Below, one piece after another: positions 36,564-42,369 of a DNA stretch of 42,369 nt. The translations under genes and the position numbers were made by a program. Every line of letters starts with the position of its first letter. The stretch's first letter is position 1. Under the pieces are notes generated by a model. That model was not told the DNA's origin. It saw only the letters and a program-made list of their open reading frames with translations, and made no database searches. Source of the DNA: a bacterium. Its GTDB lineage: Bacteria; Patescibacteriota; Microgenomatia; JAMCZE01. The stretch spans positions 1-42,369 of the forward strand of contig JAKBJL010000001.1 of the NCBI GenBank assembly GCA_021836035.1, given 5' to 3'.

Positions 36564-37109
36564 TTATGTTCCCTTTTCCTCTAATACGTACCTATAGGCA
36601 AACCACCAAAAGCCAAAGAGCCAGATAATCGTCAGAAAAGCCGCGAGGTAGTCGTGGTAAATATAGCCGTAAATCGGGCGCAGATAAGCAAAAATCAAAA
36701 CGATCACCGAAAGCCGCGAGAGGTTGATCAGGAAGGTCCCCAGAAGCCCGATTAAAAAAACTTCCAGGACAGAGCCGATAGTATAGCGGCTGTCCCGCAA
36801 CCCGGCCAGAAGGGTAATAAAAAAAAGCAGGAGGCTCTGCCACCCTAAACAATTCCAGGTCATTTCCAGAAAAGTAGCGTTGACCATAAATCCGTTAGTG
36901 TAAGTAACAATTTTCAAAGGAAAAGGCGACAGCAGCAGGGCGACCATGCCTACTTCTATCGGGACGAGATATTTTTGCAGAGCATGGTAAAGAATAAACC
37001 GTTCCGCTAATTTTGTCAGAGCCTCGTTAAAAGTTAGCATCAACGGCAGCAAGGCCAAAAATATAGCCAGGAGCGCAAAGATTACGCTAAAAGTCTTTTT
37101 AGGCCGCAA
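36564..37109 (-). CDS. Exosortase/archaeosortase family transpeptidase
   Basis: Polytopic 181 aa with the catalytic-triad pattern: Cys in EMTWNCLGWQS (36849-36851), Arg in INLSRL (36714-36716), His in YHD (36654-36656). TTG start overlaps the upstream gene's end. Confidence 0.85.
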   Translation of the reverse strand: MRPKKTFSVIFALLAIFLALLPLMLTFNEALTKLAERFILYHALQKYLVPIEVGMVALLLSPFPLKIVTYTNGFMVNATFLEMTWNCLGWQSLLLFFITLLAGLRDSRYTIGSVLEVFLIGLLGTFLINLSRLSVIVLIFAYLRPIYGYIYHDYLAAFLTIIWLFGFWWFAYRYVLEEKGT

Positions 37110-40100
37110 GGGGGGTTCGCCTCCTCTCTTTCAGCCAAAGAATTGTGCCGATAAGAACCGGAGCGGCTGCCAGGAGAATGAAGCTATTTTCCGGGACGGT
37201 GATAGCCGAAGGAGGCTGAATATTACTGATATAGTTGGCAGCGGAGCCATCGTAGCCTAAATTATAGCTCCCGCCGGCACCGGCGGCGGTTCCGATGATC
37301 TCAAAATACAGACGGCAGGGCGAAGCTTCGGTACAAGTGTAGCCGGAAGTAACGCTGGCAGTCTGGGCGTGCAAACCGAGAGCAGTCGAAGGAGTATATT
37401 GGATATTACTGCTGGTTCCCAAAACCGTGTAAGTAGCTCCGGTCCCGCAAGGGTCCCCCGTCCCGCCGCTGCAATAGCCCACCACAAAATTCCAGGTAAT
37501 AGTTTTACTGCCGGTGGGTTGGAGGGCAACATAATCGTTATATGTCCAGGTCCCGGACGGAAGGGGAACCGTTCCTGTCCCGGTCGGCAGTTTTTGGGAG
37601 TACCAGTAAGCCGTTGTAGTTTTGGTTACTGTCAAGGTAGCGTTGCTTGCTCCCGACGTAGCCCCCCGCATACTTTTCCCGACATTGACCACACCGGTTG
37701 ACAAATCAAAGCCGATTTCGTCAGTAGCGCTGTTCCAGAAATAAAAATTCGTCACGGTGGAAGCATAAGTGCTGGGAGCTCCGCGGGTTAGGGAAAAAAG
37801 CGTCACCGTCAAAATAAGAACCAGGGCTAATACTGCCCTGCCTATAAAACGCCGGCCCCGGTACCTTATGGTAAAGCGGTTAAAACGGTTGTTCGCCGAA
37901 GCAAGTGCCAGATAGGAATTAACTTCATATGCCGCCGCGGGTAAAGCCGGGGTAGGGGTAGATACCCCCCGCCCGCCGAAGATCCCGGAAATCAGCCGGT
38001 AGAAACGCCCGCGGGTAAAGACGTCCGTAATCCGCCCCGTTTTCGGCGTCCGGAACCAGGGCCCTTCCCGGCTTTCCAGAAAACCTTTTACCGAAGCGTA
38101 CGCCTGAAACGGCACGACCAAATAGGAAAGGGCTATAAAGCTGGCGATACCCAGATAATCCTTTTCTTCCGATTCTTCTAGAAATAATCCCACCACATTT
38201 ACCAAGGGCAGGGAAAGCATGTTGGTTAAAACCAGGGACCATCCCCAAAGCGCCGTCCAGAAAGGCAGGCGGGCGCCGAAAACTACTTCCGAAAAAAGCC
38301 AGGATAAAGTTCCGGCCAAAAAGAAGGCCGCCTGGAGGTAGTAAGGCGCAAGATAAAAAACTTCGACCTTCTCCGGAGCCGTCAGCCTATTAGAGGCCAA
38401 AAGTTTCGCCACCATTTTGCGGATATTGTTGCTGTGCCCCTCCGCCCAGCGCATTCTTTGCCTCACCAGTCTTTGCAGGGTGGAAACGCATTCGGCCGGA
38501 GCCTGGATGTAGGGGGTATAGACCACTTTGTATCCTTTCTCATAAAGCTTCAGCGTTAACTCAAAGTCCTCGGTAATAGAGGTCCCCCAGCCGACTTCTT
38601 CGAGAGGTGCCCGCCGGATCATATAGACCGATCCGGAAATCATTTTTAGTCCGCCGTAAAGCTCGGTCCCCGCCCTTTCAATGACATAGCTGCCGGCGTA
38701 TTCGCTCCTGACCCCCCGGGTTATCCAATTCTCCGATTTGTTTAAAACGTGCCATTGATAGCCCTGGACCGCCGCTACATTAGAGCGTTGGTAATCCTCG
38801 CGCATGTTGTTTTGGACCTTAAAATACTTCAAAAAGAGGGTTAGGGTGTCCGGATACGGGACAAAATCGGCATCAAAAACGGCGATAAACTCCGTGCGCG
38901 GGTCGGTATTTTTTAAAGCCAAGCCCAAGGCGGCCCCCTTATAGCCGCTTCGGCTGGTGCGATGCAGGTGTTTAAGAACCAGACCGGGACGAACTTCTAC
39001 GCTGGACAGAGTAAAGCCGCTGCCCTCCAGGATTTGGACCCGCCCGTATTTTTCCTGGAAACGGCGGATCAGCTGCGGCGTCTCGTCGGTGGAATCATCG
39101 GCGAGCATTACTTCCAAATCCGGGTAATCTAAATTACAGGCCGCTGTGATTGCCCTTTCCACCACATTCTTTTCGTTATAAAAAGGGACCTGCACGGAAA
39201 TTTTGGGGTACTTTTCCAGGCGGACGTGTTCCAGGTTGGGCTCCAACCCCACCGGGTTCCGGCGCAGTCCTCCGTTTTGTCCCCTGTTTCTGATACCCAA
39301 GATCCAGGACAGAAAGCCGCCTCGGCCGATTAACTCATCTTCCCCCTCCGGTGCAAATCCTCCCAGGGTTTTTTGGGAAAAGGAAAGGACAATGGCTAAT
39401 GTTAAATAGTATTTAAGCGAATAGAGGAAAAAGAGGCTGCCGGTAAAAAGCGAAACAGAAGCTAAAACAAGTCCCAGGCCGGAAACAAAAGTGGCGCTTT
39501 CTAGCAGTTTGACCCAATAAATAATAGAAGCGCCGGAAGCTATAGCTATAACCAAAACCCAAATGAGGCTCCTGGTTTGCCTGCCTAGAAGAGAAATTAA
39601 AGCTTGCGGAGGGGGTGCGGGAGCGAAATTGGGAATAAACCGCTGCCAAATTTGTCCGACTTTTTCCCTGAAGGCGGGAAAGATAACCGGCTTTGGAGCT
39701 CTGCTTCCCGCTTTCTCGGCATATTGCCGGCGGTCTTCCTCCCGAGAGAGATTAGCCCGTTCCAGGGCCAGCTGCACGCCGTGATTACCGACATATCCCA
39801 GCCTGGCGGCAATTTGATGGGAAGAGAGTTCCGGCGCAGTAGCTGCCAAACCCAGGATGGCTTTGACGGCGCTTTCCCGCAATCCGCGCGGGTGCATAAC
39901 TCCCAGCGGATGTTGGTCCCCCATCGCCGGAGCCAAAGCCAAATCCTCCTGTTGGGCCGATAGGTAGCGCTTCTTCCACTTGGCAAAAGTTTTCCGCGAA
40001 ACCTTAAATTCCCGGCAAACGGCTCCGGCTTTTTTCCCGAGGATCAGCACGTCTTCGACCATCCGCTTTCGGGCATAAGCGGAAAGGCGGAGATACCCCG

Positions 40101-40512
40101 GGCACTGCCCTTCCCCCAACCCGGGGTTAATCCGGAAATTGCCGGCATAAGTGCGCCTGGCGGAAGCTAAAGTTAAGTTGCGTTTTTTTAACAACAACCA
40201 TATGCTCCGGCAGCTGAATTTTATCCCCTCTTCTTTTAGTTTGTATTCAATTTTTTGCGGACCGAATTCGGGATGGCCTACGACGATTTTTAGTATTTCA
40301 CGCTCGATATCTGCGGGCTGGCGGTATTTTATAAAATTGATCTTATCCTGTCTTTTCTGACTCTCCTCTGCCTGATTTCGGCGGTAGCTGGCGAGCCACA
40401 GGTAGAGCGTTTTCCGGGATATTCCTAATTTCGCGGCTGCCTTAGTCTTTTGTAGCTTTCCGATTGCGACCCTTTTTAATATTCCCCGTTGGCTGGAAGA
40501 AAAGGCTGGCAC
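37099..40512 (-). CDS. Fusion protein: tandem IS481-transposase-like HTH modules, cellulose-synthase-like GT2, extracellular domain and PEP-CTERM-like (VPEN) sorting tail
   Basis: HTHs: AAAKLGISRKTLYLWL, HPEFGPQKI...SCRSIWLLLKK, VCREFKVSRKTFAKWKKRY, APELSSHQIA...GNHGVQLALER. GT2 motifs: DDSTD, YKGAAL, FDADF (DAD 38866-38874), TED (38566-38574), QRMRW (38446-38460), RTPK. C-terminus: VPEN (37186-37197), hydrophobic helix, KERRR. Confidence 0.85.
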   Translation of the reverse strand: MPAFSSSQRGILKRVAIGKLQKTKAAAKLGISRKTLYLWLASYRRNQAEESQKRQDKINFIKYRQPADIEREILKIVVGHPEFGPQKIEYKLKEEGIKFSCRSIWLLLKKRNLTLASARRTYAGNFRINPGLGEGQCPGYLRLSAYARKRMVEDVLILGKKAGAVCREFKVSRKTFAKWKKRYLSAQQEDLALAPAMGDQHPLGVMHPRGLRESAVKAILGLAATAPELSSHQIAARLGYVGNHGVQLALERANLSREEDRRQYAEKAGSRAPKPVIFPAFREKVGQIWQRFIPNFAPAPPPQALISLLGRQTRSLIWVLVIAIASGASIIYWVKLLESATFVSGLGLVLASVSLFTGSLFFLYSLKYYLTLAIVLSFSQKTLGGFAPEGEDELIGRGGFLSWILGIRNRGQNGGLRRNPVGLEPNLEHVRLEKYPKISVQVPFYNEKNVVERAITAACNLDYPDLEVMLADDSTDETPQLIRRFQEKYGRVQILEGSGFTLSSVEVRPGLVLKHLHRTSRSGYKGAALGLALKNTDPRTEFIAVFDADFVPYPDTLTLFLKYFKVQNNMREDYQRSNVAAVQGYQWHVLNKSENWITRGVRSEYAGSYVIERAGTELYGGLKMISGSVYMIRRAPLEEVGWGTSITEDFELTLKLYEKGYKVVYTPYIQAPAECVSTLQRLVRQRMRWAEGHSNNIRKMVAKLLASNRLTAPEKVEVFYLAPYYLQAAFFLAGTLSWLFSEVVFGARLPFWTALWGWSLVLTNMLSLPLVNVVGLFLEESEEKDYLGIASFIALSYLVVPFQAYASVKGFLESREGPWFRTPKTGRITDVFTRGRFYRLISGIFGGRGVSTPTPALPAAAYEVNSYLALASANNRFNRFTIRYRGRRFIGRAVLALVLILTVTLFSLTRGAPSTYASTVTNFYFWNSATDEIGFDLSTGVVNVGKSMRGATSGASNATLTVTKTTTAYWYSQKLPTGTGTVPLPSGTWTYNDYVALQPTGSKTITWNFVVGYCSGGTGDPCGTGATYTVLGTSSNIQYTPSTALGLHAQTASVTSGYTCTEASPCRLYFEIIGTAAGAGGSYNLGYDGSAANYISNIQPPSAITVPENSFILLAAAPVLIGTILWLKERRRTPLAA

Positions 40513-40520
40513 ATATTTAG

Positions 40521-40547
40521 TGTTACTTATTATGGGTACTCTGTCAA
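40521..40547 (-). promoter_or_regulatory. 27-bp repeat copy 1, containing a TTGACA box; probable promoter/operator of the fusion gene
   Basis: TGTTACTTATTATGGGTACTCTGTCAA. On the - strand: TTGACA-17 bp-AACACT-6 bp-GTG start, consistent with a leaderless transcript. The -10 match is weak. Confidence 0.55.
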
Positions 40548-41443
40548 GAGGATTTTTTATCCGAAGATATATTAGTTGTCTTTATTATCTATATCGGTTT
40601 TTGCCGTTAATTGTTTTTGATAATATCTGTGTATATTTTATATTTACCTTAAATTGTGTAACCATTTTAGAATATTGGCTTTATTTTACGGTAATATTGA
40701 TTATCTACTTGAGAAATATCGTTAATTTTCACCTTTTAGAATAACTTTATAGACCCCCGTTTATTATTTATCGCTTATATATCGGCCGTCATCACAATAT
40801 TTCTTCTTTTTCCCCCCTTCTCTTTTCCTTTAAGGCACGATTGAATCGCCTTATGGGAATAATTCTTTTTATTGCGCATATATATCTTCTAAAATATTTA
40901 TTAACCATAATTCATCATGAATGATTCTTACAATTTTTGATTATCCTTAATTTATTCTTAAATAAACTATAATATCTACTTCCCCTAATTCTTACTTTTT
41001 ATGGTTTTGCCAAAAATAGCCGCCTTTTAACGGTTAATCTTACGATTTGGATCTCTAAATAAAGCTATATTATTAAACGCTGGATAATTTTCTCCTAAAT
41101 ATTCTAATTTCCCCTGTTACCTCTGATTTTTGACCATTTTGGACCCTTCAGAGGTCAGAAAAATGCCAATTTATATAGGTTGTCGCTTTATGAACGTCTT
41201 AGCTATTTTTATTAACCGCGATATTTTGGTTATTAGCTCAAAAAGCGCTTTATGTCGATTCTTAATATTCCATTAATCACGGGTATTTTCTGATTTAGGC
41301 TTCTGCTGGTTCCTTTTGCTAAAGATAACTTAAAAGTTATTTATCAAAAATACCCGGCTAAATATGGGAACCTGGCCGCTCCCCTCCACCGCGAGAATAT
41401 ATATTCTTTTGAAACATTGTGAGATATTACCTGTTAATTATTA

Positions 41444-41470
41444 TGTTACCTATTATGGATACTATGTCAA
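41444..41470 (-). promoter_or_regulatory. 27-bp repeat copy 2
   Basis: TGTTACCTATTATGGATACTATGTCAA, 24/27 identical to 40521-40547. Confidence 0.55.
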
Positions 41471-41823
41471 TTAGCAAATATAGCTACAAAAATGTGTACC
41501 TATCAACAATAAAACAAAAACGAGAATATAAATATTAGATAATCCATAAAACAAGCACAATTATGTAACCATAATTTACCTGGTAAATCCGGAGAAATAC
41601 TTACAGGATTTTCCATTCCACCCCCGATTATCCTTCTCAACACCTGGCGTTCAGGAAACAGCTAAAATATGAATAAAAAATATAATCAAAATAAATCACG
41701 GCAAATATGTAAAATATTGAAAATTACCATAAAATATATAACCTGAAGACAAAAAAACCAGAAAAAAACCGCCGGAATAAATATCAACTATAAGCTGGCC
41801 AAAATAACTTCCAAGGAAAAGGT

Positions 41824-42024
41824 TTACGGATCCCGGGGATAGTTAACCGCCGTCAGGCGGGAAAAGGTTTGCCAGCAACTCCTACCCAGAGCTATTCCGG
41901 GAGTGTAGGCACGGTGCTTCTTAAGCTTTCTTTCCTCTTGCCGATCATCCCCGCGGGTAAGAAGCGTCAAGGAAAAGACTACGCCAAAGAGATAACCTAA
42001 CGAAAATACCGACCAAATTAACAT
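41824..42024 (-). CDS. Small hypothetical membrane protein
   Basis: 66 aa; N-terminal hydrophobic helix followed by a charged tail; TTGACA upstream at 42122-42127. Confidence 0.5.
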   Translation of the reverse strand: MLIWSVFSLGYLFGVVFSLTLLTRGDDRQEERKLKKHRAYTPGIALGRSCWQTFSRLTAVNYPRDP

Positions 42025-42229
42025 AATAAAACGGGCAAGCGATTAAAGACGTCCGCCGGAAGGATTAACCTTTGAAGCAGCCTGAGAACGTTAAGGAGCT
42101 TTTACTGCGTGAAAATAGGCTTGTCAAGAGGCGCTAAGGGCAATTATGTAGCCCGAACACGTAAGGAGGCGATTTGAATTGAAAAAATCCACTAGAAAAA
42201 TGCAAAAAAAACATAGTAGAATAAGGGGT

Positions 42230-42369
42230 ATGCCCGAACGCTATACATTCGCAAGTGTTTTTAATTACGATGCTACACTTGGAACGATAACACTAAACTT
42301 CCCCATTATCATAAATGGTCTGAGATACAATCAAGGGGCCGTGGTTACTAGATATACCCCATTTATAGG
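42230..42369 (+). CDS. Hypothetical protein, 3'-truncated by the window edge
   Basis: ATG-started frame (MPERYTFASVFNYDATLGTI...) open to the end. TAGAAT -10-like box at 42217-42222. Confidence 0.45.
   Translation, partial: MPERYTFASVFNYDATLGTITLNFPIIINGLRYNQGAVVTRYTPFI

Noticed and set aside
477-40360. Numerous 60-190-aa alternative-frame and antisense ORFs in the track
   Set aside because: They are nested in long, motif-supported CDSs and lack recognisable motifs; duplicated ones simply reflect the 5.38-kb repeat.
40520-40744. 74-aa + strand ORF
   Set aside because: Low-complexity translation of T-rich DNA overlapping the promoter-like repeat; no recognisable motif or RBS.
39715-41470. 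Intact IS481 element
   Set aside because: No DDE catalytic domain, and the 27-bp repeats are direct and both upstream rather than inverted around a transposase.
40513-41823. Replication origin
   Set aside because: AT-rich, but I found no TTATCCACA-type DnaA box cluster and no dnaA/dnaN nearby.
1-42369. CRISPR array, tRNA or rRNA genes
   Set aside because: Repeats are intragenic, heptameric or only two-copy; no regular repeat-spacer pattern and no recognisable tRNA/rRNA motifs.

Overview
Bacterial chromosomal region. Gene content suggests Patescibacteria/CPR, Microgenomates-like; this is an inference, not a taxonomic search. Left half (1-21.4 kb): three giant + strand surface-protein genes, one a GNVGIGT-repeat fibre with a Peptidase_S74-type chaperone motif and two DUF2341-like/multi-LamG paralogues sharing an apparently identical 5,380-bp block. 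Each pair is separated by a small, decayed four-helix-bundle gene. Next come a damaged IS3 element, a membrane-anchored MerR-like HTH, an O-antigen-ligase-like/TPR membrane protein and a CxxC zinc-ribbon gene. Right half (26.2-40.5 kb): a - strand glycosylation cluster. It is headed by an unusual 1137-aa fusion: tandem IS481-transposase-like HTH modules, a cellulose-synthase-like GT2, an internal signal-peptide-like segment, an S/T/G-rich domain and a VPEN-TM-basic (PEP-CTERM-like) tail. This gene overlaps an exosortase-family gene, followed by four GT-C/YfhO-like paralogues, a polyprenol-phosphate glycosyltransferase and two SAM methyltransferases. Upstream lies a 1.3-kb AT-rich region with repeated TGT(T/A)AC sites overlapping TTGACA boxes. 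This module is my best candidate for an undescribed system. Heptamer-periodic inverted repeats are scattered through the window. I found no rRNA, tRNA, CRISPR array or reverse transcriptase. All family calls come from motif recognition by eye; no database searches were run.
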